From Priapulus caudatus (taxonomy: Eukaryota), in the NCBI RefSeq assembly GCF_000485595.1, contig NW_014577063.1, positions 684,854 through 728,115 of the forward strand: a stretch of DNA of 43,262 nt, read 5' to 3'. The notes beneath the pieces are model-generated. The model was not told where the DNA came from. It did not search any database and saw only the letters and a program-made list of their open reading frames with translations. The position numbers and the translations under genes were made by a program. Each line of letters starts with the position of its first letter. Position 1 is the stretch's first letter. This document shows positions 1 through 11,568 of this stretch, piece after piece.

Positions 1-499
1 GTTTTTACAGTTACGATTCATAATTATAATTTTCTCACGTTCCTAATTCTATTCTGTTATTTAGATATCTCGGAATCACAGTATAAACATTAGTATGAAC
101 ATGTAAATTATTTTAATTCAATAGATCTGTATTTAACACTTTCTACATTGTATACAATTTGGACGAAGTAGAAAAATCATGCAAGGCATAGCTAGCGTAA
201 ATAGTTAAAGCACGTTATATACCAGAAATTATTGACATCACAAAAAACGTCCTTTCAAAACTATATAAATTATGCACAGAAAACACATTATGCAACTGAT
301 ACCAACTCGTCAACGCACTGCTCGTTATAATAATGCACGGAAGTACACTGCACAGAACGCAACGAATCCTATAACAGGGCCACAAGGCCAGACCAAACGC
401 TGTAACAGCGTCACCCGCCCATCAACACATTTAAGAGACGCACAAGAGGCGCAAACCTAGCAAGGAATTTTATCAACCATCGGCATATCATCTCCACGT

Positions 500-1570
500 T
501 TCACTATTACCAAACATCGAAAAGGATTCATGTCGGATAAAGATCCAAGGACGAGCCTTTAATTTAATTATATTAACTGCTTCGGCGGTTTTGCCGGTGT
601 GTAACAATTTGTTAGAAACTTACTTTGATACCGATCTCAAATCATCAGCACTGAGAGTGAACCCTACGAACTAACACTACTACCAAATATAAAGTGAAAT
701 TTTAAAAACGATTGCATAGATGTTACGCAAACCCGCTAAACCAAAAAATGTGCAAACGAGTCATATAAAGCGTCCGTAAAATTATCACTTGCTACTACTT
801 CACTAGCCCGCAGTAGCCAATTTAGGGTCGCAATTCAGAATTGCTACGCCGAGACGACAATAACACATAATAATAGAGGAAAATGAGCTAACGAATATGA
901 ACACACCGTGATGGGAACATACCCGCCGGTTACTTATGACTGACAGTGTTTCCTATTACATCGTCAAAACTACACACGCTTACTATTAATTTACCATCTA
1001 AGCTCGAATCGATTCAGGGGCGATACAATCGCAAACACGAAAATACGACGTCTCAACGTAAATTCACTGTTAAAACTCAAACACGCACTGACACCCATTT
1101 ACACATTCGCCTAGAAGATTTTTCCTGTAAAACTTTCAAAAAACATGATTTTGTCTAATATCTTAATGATTCCATTCACGAATTGAAAAGAAAACAGCTG
1201 CTTTTTTTTCAAGTAAGCAGCTTCGCGCCGACTAATATATCCTGACCAGGATCCGATTACGTCTAATAAAATAGTCACCGTGAGACATACGCGAACGTAG
1301 GCTTCGTAATAAGATACGAACGTATAGGATGCGAACGCTACTACCAAATTTTGTCTGCATCGCAAACTTATTAAATAGCAATATCACAAATAGCGATTAA
1401 AGTATTCATTAATGACTGCATGGGAACATGATTATCACCAACTCCCTCTTCTCTCACTAATTTTTCTCTCTGATAGCCCGGGATATGGATAACTGGGGAT
1501 ATGATAGCCATCGGGGCCAACATCCCTCCACACATAGAAACATGTAAAACGTCACACCATAGATACACAC
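500..1570 (-). mobile_element. Possible highly decayed LINE remnant (endonuclease region)
   Basis: Minus-strand fragments DVLHVS...IHIPGYQRE...GVG and KARPWI loosely resemble APE-domain and linker motifs of CR1/L2 ORF2. Many stops; boundaries approximate. Confidence 0.2.
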
Positions 1571-2361
1571 GAGCACGTGTGTTTGTTTATATATATATAC
1601 GGTCTAAATGCCAATCGAATTTGCGACTGCACTTTGTATCCCTATACACTAACTTTAGACATGATGGAGGCTAGACATTATTCTATCTATGTTATATACG
1701 CAGATCTCTTTACTATCTGGCGGCCTAGGTTCCTAACAAATATATAAAGAATTCTATGAAATCAGCTCGCTCGCGCCTACAAATACGTTACCTCCAATTT
1801 TCAACGGCCTCAGCGGTTTAAACCGCAAGTAGGACCAGTATATCAAACAGAAAGACTTCAAATAACAACAGAAAACGGAAGAGCAAGGAGGGCGTGAAAC
1901 GCAAAGTACTATTTTATCTTTACACTACTGGTAGGCCCGATTGATCATTGACTAGATAATGACAATTTGCTTTCTGTAATAAAAAGCTCCTTTCCTTATT
2001 ACTCTACCTACAGTTCAATATATAATATATATATATATATATATATACATATACACACATACATACATATACACACACGCACACACGCATTAATATAACG
2101 TAAGTGACCGACCGTTGCATAATAACATCATAGCCTCGAAGAAAACACACGAAAAATCATCTCTACTCAGTTAACTTTCATACGTGTCTTCGACATGCAC
2201 CGCATAGACATCCATGTGAGCAAGCGTAAGAGCCTGTCTTTGCTCCGGACTGGGCAGGAATAGCTGCAGTGAGAACGAGCAACAGCAGCAGCCAGCGATC
2301 TGACAGCATTGAAAGCCCAGGCAACGCAACGCAGACACTTCCAAGTACCACTACCTTAGAG

Positions 2362-2547
2362 CAGGGGTTCTTAACCTTTGGTCCATGAACCCCTTTGGGA
2401 TCCGTGGATGGGCTTCAGGGGGTCCGTGAACCAGGCGCATAAAACATTTGCGTTTATGTGCTTATGTGCATTTATCTGGGGAGGAGTCCGTAGCTTTCAC
2501 TAGATTCTCAAAGGGGTCCATGACTCAAAAAAGGTTAAGAAGCACTG
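2362..2547. mobile_element. hAT/Charlie-type MITE (MER103/Charlie4-like)
   Basis: TIRs CAGGGGTTCTTAACCTTT / AAAGGTTAAGAAGCACTG; 8-bp TSD ccttagag/acttagag (7/8); internal GGGGTCC motifs typical of this family. Confidence 0.85.
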
Positions 2548-3939
2548 ACTTAGAGTAATACTATACTATAGTACCGCTAACTCTCACTTGCTACGCGTCG
2601 ATTGATCTATGGCGGCGTTCCGATTTCGTTACTCAAATCGAGGATATTGGTTCGTGTGTCTATAACTGAAAGCTGATATGGCATTCTTGGGCAGCAAGCC
2701 GATTACTGGCCTATATGTATGTAAGAAGCACATTAATAACTAATGCGTATAAATTTCACAAATAGCGTTTACAACAAGTTGAAAGTGAGCGCATTATAAA
2801 CCGAATCACAATACATTAAAAACTTACTAGAAACTCCGAACTGCTAGCTGTATAAAATAATAGATCTAGAGACATAGTGTGCTCTCTTTACAATTAATGT
2901 AAACAATACTGTTTACATAGACCATTCAACGCAGTACAACGATGGCACACTTAAAACTAGTTCATTACAGATAATTACACAGCGAAGTGGACATTGCACT
3001 CATCACATTGATATAGAAATCGAGGTCTTTTCACGAACTACTTAGTGCTACCTTCCTATAATTTTGATTTCCCCTTAAATACGATATGCACACATTCAAA
3101 AGATCATATATGTACACATATTACCAATTGTAATATGAAACAATAGATTACAACTCACGCGTTATATGTTAATTATTACAGTCACGCATTCGCAAAAAAG
3201 CATAGAAAGCATAAAAGGGCACGTAGCGAAACCTAATGTACAAGTCTTTCCCTCGCATAATTAATCATAAATTAATCATAACAGAGCTTATTCCCCCCCC
3301 CCCAACCGAAGCAGTAGGGGGCTCCACTATTTTGTGGAAATTAGCAATTCGTTTTCCAACACCGCAAATAAATTACATATATAAACCCATTTAAATCTAA
3401 TTATCCCTCTAATTACGACCACTAATGTGTAAAACGACACCAAATAAAAGTCAATGAAGCAAACTACCTAAGTTTTTTATCAGTATCCGTAGCATGTATT
3501 ATGGCCATGCTTTAGGGTATATTCTGGAGTTGTATGTTCCTGAGTATGAAATCATTTCATTTCTGGCCTAATTTTCTTTTCGCTATATGGCCTATGGAGG
3601 CCACCACCGAATCGTGTCTTTTATGTAAAAAATGTCAGTATATATAAAGACCTGTAGTATAATGACCTGTAACATACCACATACATCTGCGTTATGTGAA
3701 AGTGCAGAGGTGGAAACTGTTTCTCTCTCTGCTGTGTATTACATATGGTACAGGATATGAGATCTCAAAAGCCCGCGTTTCAACCATGTCATATTTCGAT
3801 TTCTCTCTCTTGCTCGTTCTACAATTGAAATGCAGAAAGCGTCACTTGGTGCCACAAGATGTTGTGAAATCAGCACATGCGCTTAAATTGATGATAGAAC
3901 GAACCCCAATAATGTCACCTCACGTTATTAATAGAAATA

Positions 3940-4221
3940 TCTCCTCGTATGTGGAAGGTCGGTGGTTCAACTCCTGGCCGGGTCATACCAAAGACTTAAA
4001 AAATGATACACACGGCTTCTCTGCTTAGCATTCAGCAAATAGAGATAGAGTGTGGCAAGTTAACTCGCAGTGCTACCAGTGGACTAACCCCCTACTGTAG
4101 CATTTACTGTGAAAGCAGCTGCGGGGCCTCAGGGTTACAGAAACGGAGATAGGCACCGCCCTATGCGCCTGTAGCTATACGCTATGCGTATGAAGGCGCG
4201 GGAAGGTTTTAACTTTAACTT
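3940..4221 (+). mobile_element. 5'-truncated tRNA-derived SINE
   Basis: Pol III B-box GGTTCAACTCC, followed by the core ggtcataccaaagacttaaaaaatg...cttctctgcttagcattcagca (recalled as a widespread metazoan SINE core) and an (aacttt)n tail. Perfect 15-bp TSD ttattaatagaaata at 3925-3939 and 4222-4236. Confidence 0.85.
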
Positions 4222-4575
4222 TTATTAATAGAAATAATTGATAACATAATAATAAATTGCTTCATTATGCACGCACAAGGTATATCAATTGCTACCCTCA
4301 CTGGTAACTCGTATTTACAGCGCACATTCATTACTTATATAATTTATAACACATCGACAATGTACATAGCTACTCTGATGGCACCGCGGACACACTTTCT
4401 GTCTCATGAGAAATAAGTTACACGGAGAAATTGTGACTCTGCACTAGGTACAGTCAAACACCGGCTATCTTGAACACGCAAAAGCACCTACGGCAGAGAC
4501 AAACTGGGGATCTGCTTCGAGAAGTGGCCATAACATTATTGTCTCACAGTTGATTATCAGAAGACCTCACCCCGA

Positions 4576-6246
4576 TCAGAATCGGGTGCTTAGCTCCTCC
4601 TCCATGTCATCGTAACCCTCCACGCCACTACCCGGGTTCGATCGCCTTTCCCGCATCTCCTTCCGCCTCCTCTCGTCCTCTCCCTTCTCCCACTCTCTGT
4701 GCGGACTCACCTGCGCAGAATGTCGCTGATGCTGATTCTCGTCCTCGTGGCTCCCACGCTCTCTCTGCATCTTCCTCTGCTGCTCTTCCTCCTCCTGACT
4801 CTCTCGCTTCCTCTGCATCTTCCTCTGCTTCACTTCCTCCTCCTCCCGTTCTCGTCGTGCCTTCCTCTGCATGCTGTCCAGCCACTGCATCTCCTGCTCC
4901 TTACTTTCCCACCCCTGACGTGTTCTACTTTTCTCCTCCTCTGCATCCTTCTCTTCCTCCTCCCGTTTTCGGCGGGCCTTCCTCTGCACACTGTCCGTCC
5001 ACTGCATCTCCTCCTCCTTTCTCTCGCGTGCCCAGAGCATACTTTTCTCCTCCTCCTCCTCCTCCCGCTTCCGCCGCATCCTCTTATCCTCCTCTTCCAG
5101 CTCCCGGTGGGACCTCCTTCTCTCCTCCTCCTCTAGCTCCCGATGCGATCTCCTCTTTTCCCCCTCCTCCGTTTCCCTATGCGAGCTCCTCTTATCCTTC
5201 TTTTCTAGCTCCCGGTGGTGCGACCTCCTTCTCTCCTCCTCCTCTACCTCCCAATGGGACCTCCTCTTCTCCCCCTCCTCCATGTCCCGGTGGGACCTCC
5301 TTTTCTCCTCCTCCTCTACCTCCCAATGGGACCTCCTCTTCTCCCCCTCCTCCATGTCCCGGTGGGACCTCCTTCTCTCCTCCTCCTCTACCTCCCAATG
5401 GGACCTCCTCTTCTTCTCCCCCTCCTCCTCTAGCTCCTGGAGCATCATCCTCTTCTCCTCCTCCTCCTGCTTTCGGCGGGCCTTCTTCTGCGCACTGTCC
5501 TTGCGTCGGCGCACCAGCTCAGGATCCAGCTCCTGGTAGATGTGCTCCGGCCGCATCCACAAATTCGCCGTCGGCCGGTGCCGGCTGATGTGCACGAGCC
5601 CGTGCGGATTCGCCGTCTCCCCCGCCGCACCGCTGCTCTGCTGTTCCAGCTGCTGCCACGACTCCTCGTAGTTGAGGCTCGACTGACGCGAGTGCGTGAC
5701 GACGAGCGGGCCCGTCGCCGCGGCAACCGTCTCCTCGACCGTGCTGTAGTTCGGCTCGCCGCCGTCATCGTCGCTGTCGTCGTCAGCGTCGTCGATGTCG
5801 TCGATGAACGTTATCGACGCCGACGAGCAGTAGAGGGCGCCGCTGACGTGCCGCGTCAGGCTGCCCGTCTTGTCGCCGCGGCAACGCGCGTCGGGCGCTC
5901 GCCGTCCCGGAGGCCGCCCTCGGGGGGCGTTCGCGTCGGTAGAGCGACGACGTCGTCAGCGCGTCCACGATGCGCTCGTACGCCGCGGGTCCTCATCGCC
6001 GCGCTCCGCCGCCGCGACGCGTCCGACCGCCGGCGCCATCTGGCACCGAGTGACGCGATCGGCCGCCGTCGGGCGAGTCCACGCCCGGCGACGAGCGCCG
6101 CTTGTTTGTTTTCTTGCGCGATCGGTCGACGACGGCGTAAAGGTCGGTGACGCTCGTTGACAGAGTCGGCGACGTTGACACGTGCTCGCTGGCAGGCCGT
6201 GACGACGCGCGAGGCGGCGGCGTTGACGGCACAGTCGGCGCTGACG
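4576..6246 (-). CDS. PAG1/Cbp-like transmembrane adaptor, terminal coding exon 9
   Basis: Acceptor ttttcacctgcag|, phase 1 matching the previous exon. Encodes LYAVVDRSRKK, NYSTV, HIYQEL, charged repeats and C-terminal LSTRF*. Frame disrupted around 5880-6060. Confidence 0.75.
5040..5470 (-). repeat. Coding tandem repeat (36-nt unit, 72-nt higher-order unit) RRSH(W/R)xxEExE(R/K)
   Basis: Repeated ccggtgggacctcctt... with a 72-nt period (5287 vs 5359). Confidence 0.85.
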
Positions 6247-7022
6247 CTGCAGGTGAAAAATTAAAAAATTAATTAATAATTATAAAATAATATATATATA
6301 AATATCTAATGATAATATAAATAAATATAATTAATACCATATTGTAGACAACATCGGAGAACCGTTGACACTATGACCCAAAAACAATTGCTGACATTTT
6401 ACCGACAATGCAGAATTTCTTTGCTCTTTACAATCAAGCCACGAGACCATATAACGGTCGAATCATTTACATCTTTGAGTGGTCTCTCCCATCTGCTGAG
6501 AGACTCACTTTTATAATCTTAGCATGTTAAAACGATCATCTTTCTTTAGTTATCTCTTTCATCTTTTGAGCTAATCGTCGAAAGCTTGTCTAAGTTACAG
6601 AAATGTGTATAAACACATTTACGTTTAACTCATTGTTTAAAGTATTACTGTTTTCACCACAGTTCTTCAGAACATCATAACTGTCATTAGAAAGAATTAC
6701 TGTGGAAGCAGTGTTCAAAATTCAATGAAGCAGATACAGCCAAGTGATCGGAATACTTCTCTATGAATTAGCATGGTAAAATATATTCCTTTTTATGTTT
6801 AAGTACATTTACTTTAAAATTTGACAAGTTGCATAAACAACATGTTATCTGCTTAATGTATATCCACACACAAAACATTATCAGCAAAATTACCCAAGTA
6901 ACTTTTAAACACGCCAACCAGGCTCGAAGTGATTGCATCTAAACATTGCATTGCTACGTATGCTATCTGCTTTGTGCCATTGAAAGTGTCTGTGACAAGT
7001 ACACACATCTACGTGTTCTTAC

Positions 7023-7254
7023 CCATGCCATAGGTAATGTTATAGAGTCGCTCCACGGCAGGTGGCTCAGGAGGAGGGTCATGCCGGCTGTTCCCAGCAC
7101 TGCCGTAGTTCACCTTTGCATAGAGTGAGCTCCGGTTCGAACCCTGGCCACCAGAGCGCGCATCGATCTCTGCATACAGCTCACTCGCAGGGCTGTTGCA
7201 GCCAGACTCATGCGTCGTACCGTCCCTTGCCTCTACAGTGACTCTCGGCCCAAC
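7023..7254 (-). CDS. PAG1/Cbp-like adaptor, exon 8
   Basis: ttgcag|GTT...ATGG|gtaag, phase 0 to 1; LYAEI, LYAKV, PPPEPP. Confidence 0.85.
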
Positions 7255-7693
7255 CTGCAAATACTGTCACTTTTAGCAACCAGTCACACAACAGCCGGCT
7301 GCTTATGTATAGATAAATGAACAAATGAAGGAATAAATAAATAAGCAAATATATAAATGAACAGATAAATGTATTATTTGCAAAAACGAGATGAGTAACA
7401 ACAACGCTGTTGCATATGTTTGAACATATGCACTTTAAAACTTTATTTTTAAATCACTTAAATTTTAAATCTTTAATTTTTAAATCACTTTATTCCCCGT
7501 ATGCATGCCAAATGTTGTATAATCTGTGCAAGAAAACACCAAAGCTGAGCCAATTGCAGGAAAAAACCGTGACCCGTTACTATGAGAAAGTTATATAGCT
7601 TCAATTGTTTTTGAAAATGTAATTAGTTACAAGAGTTGAACATCATCCTTTTTTCAGAGCTGATACATGAACACAAACAGATTGTGTGGGTAA

Positions 7694-8765
7694 TGCTGCG
7701 TTTACACTGTGTTCCCGGCGGCCACGGCAGCCCCGTTTGCCCGAAACGTAGTGCACCGCGGGATTATGGCAATTTTTTCCTCTGTATTCAAGTTTTGTTA
7801 GGTCTTGCCAAGTTTTCTCACGGTCTATCACGGTATCCGTGACGGGCCGTGGGGGGAAGGGGCTGCTGAGTGCCGGAGGGTCCAAGGCGCACTACGGTTC
7901 GGTCCGCGGTCTACCACAGATCCCAGTACGTTCCCTCCCGGCCCGTCACGTTCTGATGGGGTCCCTCACGTTTCTCACGATCTGATCAAGGTCTGACACG
8001 TTTTTCACGTTCTGTCAAGGCTTTCTACGGATGAAACGTGGACGCCGGGCAGCTTTGGAGCACGTTTGTGCCCACGGTATAAAAAGAAGGCCTCCCAAGC
8101 AATAGCAATCATTGTATTCTGAGATTTCGACGAGACAACATCATGAATGCCCAAGATGAAGATTTTGTGTTTGCATGTTTGCTGGGTGCATACATCCAGT
8201 CTTTGCATCAGCAAGAAGAAGGCCAGCAGCAGTTGCAGAGAGGGAAGGCCAGAGTGTAGCAGTCAGGAAGAAGGCGGATGAGAAGGCCAAGATCCATGTG
8301 GGTGCGCGAATGGTTATCGGAAGACAGAAGGCAGCAGCTGGGCCACTACTCAACATTTTAGCTTTACTTTTAGTTTTAGTCCAGTTTTAGGACCGCGCGC
8401 GCCGTGTCAGTCCGTAGTAGAACGCAACGCGCCGTAACGCGCCGGGCCGAACCCGTCCTGTACCGTCCGCCCCTTCCCGTCCCACTACGGACCGCCTCCA
8501 AGTTTTGTTACGGCCTATTACGTACTGTCACGTTTTGTTGCGTTCACCCCGTTTTACTACGGTCTATTACGTTTCTCATCCGCACCGTGACTGCCATGGC
8601 AAATCTTTTGACAAATTAATAATTTAGCGCAGCATCCACGGCAATCACGGCCTGTCACGTTTGCCCATTCCGTCCCCCCGCGTTGTCTCACGTTCATCCC
8701 GTTTTGTCCACGGTGGCCTGAAACGGGGCTGCCGTGGCCGCCGGGAACACAGTGTAAACGCAGCA
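7694..8765 (+). mobile_element. Non-autonomous PIF/Harbinger element (internal deletion derivative)
   Basis: Perfect 45-bp TIRs (tgctgcgtttacactgtgttcccggcggccacggcagccccgttt) and TAA TSD on both sides. Internal 8143-8361 reads MNAQDED...*..RRRMRRPRSMWVREWLSEDRRQQLGHYS, like a Harbinger transposase N-terminus. Confidence 0.9.
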
Positions 8766-8940
8766 TAAGATTGATTCAAGCCATGGCACACGTAAACAAA
8801 GCACAGGCAAGGCAAAGCAAAGTACAATGCAAAGTAAAGTAAAGTACAAGGCAGATCTTACTGTCTTATGCAGAGTACAAGGCAAAGCAAAGGCAAAGCA
8901 AAGTACCTGAACGTAGCACAGGTAAGTACAGGTAACGCAC

Positions 8941-9104
8941 CTGAGCGTACATATCCGAGTCGCCGTAATCGCTGTGAACTGTCGTGTAGTAATGTTCCTC
9001 GTCGGTGGAAGCCCCGCTCGTCGTGACAACATTCTGCTGCCTCTCTCGCTCGAGTTGCCTCGTCTGCTCACGCGCCTTGAGGTTTTCCAATGGCTCCCGG
9101 ATGC
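8941..9104 (-). CDS. PAG1/Cbp-like adaptor, exon 7
   Basis: ctacag|GC...CAG|gtgcgt, phase 1 to 0; EEHYYTTV, DMYAQ|V. Confidence 0.85.
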
Positions 9105-9160
9105 CTGTAGCGCAAGACTAGTGTTAACAGGTATGCAGTCTAGACACAGGTACCTGGAGA

Positions 9161-9382
9161 CAAGGTGTTAGCCAGGAAAGCCAGAAATCAGGGAGTCTCA
9201 CCATCTGAGCGAAGCGAGGATGCTGCAGGTGTGAAGCGCCCTAGGGGGAAAAACCGACAATTTTATTTTCATACAGGCGTAAAATTGGGCCGCCCTCATG
9301 CCGTCTCTATCAAATTCCATCCGTCTCATCCAAGAATAGGCCGTCCAAAAGATGGGTAGACGGGTCTCTGGCTAACACACTG
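9161..9382. mobile_element. hAT-type MITE in intron
   Basis: Imperfect TIRs caaggtgttagccag / ctggctaacacactg; 8-bp TSD cctggaga/cctgcaga (7/8). Confidence 0.7.
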
Positions 9383-9476
9383 CCTGCAGAGGCAACAATC
9401 GTTCGGTATACTCTTATAACGTATACACTTGTAGCATCTGACTGTTATAAGACGTTCTCCCACGTACTTGACCTAC

Positions 9477-9651
9477 CTATACTGAAGTAAGAGCTCTCTT
9501 TGCTGTCTGCCCTGCTTGTAGACTGTACAGCCGTGACGCTAGCAGGGGCAATGCCTGGTGGATAGCCACCAACGGCTCCTGGACTGGCATCGCACTCCAT
9601 CTCATCAGGACTAAAGTTTTTTGCTGGTACGGGTGGGGGTGCTTCCGCATC
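9477..9651 (-). CDS. PAG1/Cbp-like adaptor, exon 6
   Basis: ttacag|GAT...ATAG|gtaggt, phase 0 to 1; DAEAPPPVPAK...SSYFSI. Confidence 0.85.
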
Positions 9652-10107
9652 CTGTAACAGCAGAAGTTCCCCCGTGAGGCCTGCTTACACAGATGCATGC
9701 ACATTAAAATAATAAGTAGATGAACACTGGCAGTCTGAATTATAAGTATAATCAGGAGCCAAACAATATTAATCGATTCACAGTATAATATGGAAATAAC
9801 TGTAGTAGTCTGTAGTAAAATTGTTATTCCTAACATTTAAAACATCCACCTTCATACAACATACGCCTATAACTTTTCATCCCTCGCAAATAGCACGTAC
9901 ATACATACATACATCCATCCATACAGCAGGGTTTATCTGCCCTTCCTAAGCTAAGCTTATCCGCAAATAACGCTTCGGAGTCGCAATTCATTCCAACGCA
10001 TTTTCACACGCAACAATTTCGCTGAAAAGCAATCTGACCTGCATTAATTCACAATTCTGAATGACAATGCATTTTCAAGTAGTAATTATTCTGCGAGGAT
10101 TTCTCAC

Positions 10108-10290
10108 CTGCACTGATTCGTACACGTCCTCTGGCTCGGCCGTGCTGTAGTCGGGCGCGGGCTCCCTGACGATAGTGTAGCCAGCCGAGTCCTCGCCCGA
10201 GCCCTGGATGGCTCCCTGCACGGCCGTGAACGGAGGAGTCACCTTGGAGTATGGCGGCTCCGGCTCGGCTGCAGCATTGGGCTTCTTCAC
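10108..10290 (-). CDS. PAG1/Cbp-like adaptor, exon 5
   Basis: gctag|GTG...CAG|gtgag, phase 0 to 0; PYSKV, GYTIV, VYESV. Confidence 0.85.
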
Positions 10291-10633
10291 CTAGCATAGC
10301 AATGTAGCGTATTCAAAGCTGTACTACACTCATCATGCGTTCAGCACATGCAAGTGCCTCATATATTTTCATAAAATCATATAATTGAACCCCAGAACCT
10401 ATTTCTCCTGATAAAAACGTGCCTGAATTAAAAGACGAATCAATGGATTGAATAATTGACAAACGAAAAAAGCCACACCTCAAAATTCGTACTCCTACTC
10501 CTACTTCCTTCCCTCCTTACCTGCTTTGTTTGCATATAATAAGTGTAAATGCATGAACACAGGCAAACAAGGCAACACAGAAAACATATCCGCGGCCGAA
10601 CTCTCCCACAATCTAAACTTCACTTTAGCTCAC

Positions 10634-10847
10634 CTTGGCATAAGGTGGCTCGGGGCGCCCTCTGGCGTCCAAACTGACTTGCACCGCAACGTCATCGCTG
10701 ACCGACGCATAAAGCTCGGACTCATTGTCGACGCCCTGGACGTCCCGATTCACGTCCGCAGTGGCGCCCTCTGACGATGCCGCGCTGTCCTCCCTCGTGA
10801 CCAAAGGAGGCGGTTCGGGAAGCCGGCGGCTGGTCTTGTTTTCGTGC
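10634..10847 (-). CDS. PAG1/Cbp-like adaptor, exon 4
   Basis: ttcag|G...AAG|gtgag, phase 2 to 0; RRLPEPPP, ELYASV, PPYAK|V. Confidence 0.85.
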
Positions 10848-10949
10848 CTGAACGTGTCGCGGATGCACGTGTGAAGTAAAGATGGCGTATATATCTACCA
10901 CATGAAGTTACACGTCGTAATCGGGATAATAACTAAACCTTTGTCGATA

Positions 10950-11375
10950 AGGTAGCAGGTAGCAGAGGAGATAGCAAAGATAGAAAGAGTGGATGAGTAT
11001 GAAAAGAAGAGAAGTATGCCAATGGAATAACATAAAAGATGCAGGTACCAGGGAAAGCAATTAGCAGACGAGAAGTATGAGAGAGTAGATTAGTATGAAA
11101 AGAAGAGAAGTATGCCAATGGAATAACATCAAAGATGAAGGTAACTGAGGAAATAACAAGCAGAGGAGACGTATGAAAGATTAAATAAGTATATACAGAA
11201 CGTAGAGAAGTATGCCAACAGTATAATAATAAATGGCAAATTTACCAGAGGAAATAAAAGGCAGAGGAGACGTATGAAAGAGTAAATAAGTTTGGAAAGT
11301 AGAGAAATACACCAATGGAACAAAAAATGAATGATTAATGTACCAGAGGAGATAATTAGCAGAGCAGAAGTACGC
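10950..11375. repeat. Degenerate ~97-100 bp tandem repeat (~4.5 copies) in intron
   Basis: gagaagtatgccaa recurs near 11010, 11106, 11206 and 11302. Confidence 0.7.
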
Positions 11376-11431
11376 ACTATTAATTAATTTCTGAATTCGC
11401 ACAGCCGGGACACATCTGCATAATTTCATAC

Positions 11432-11568
11432 CTTATTTCGGACGACGTTGACGAGGTGTTCATGACATTGTTTTCGGGACTAGCAGTAGGACTGCTGGGC
11501 GCGTCACCATTGCTGTATCGCCCACTGTCCGGTTCGGCATTGACGACTGACGTGGTCAAATCCTGGTT
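11432..11568 (-). CDS. PAG1/Cbp-like adaptor, exon 3
   Basis: ttacag|AAC...AAG|gtatg, phase 0 to 2; open Ser/Pro-rich frame NQDLTTS...SSEIR. Confidence 0.8.

Noticed and set aside
4699..5588. Pro-rich and Leu-rich plus-strand ORFs (extensin-like)
   Set aside because: Antisense shadows of the GAG/AGG-rich coding repeat on the minus strand.
10950..11375. CRISPR-like repeat/spacer pattern
   Set aside because: Whole units are similar to each other, the context is a eukaryotic intron, and there are no cas genes.
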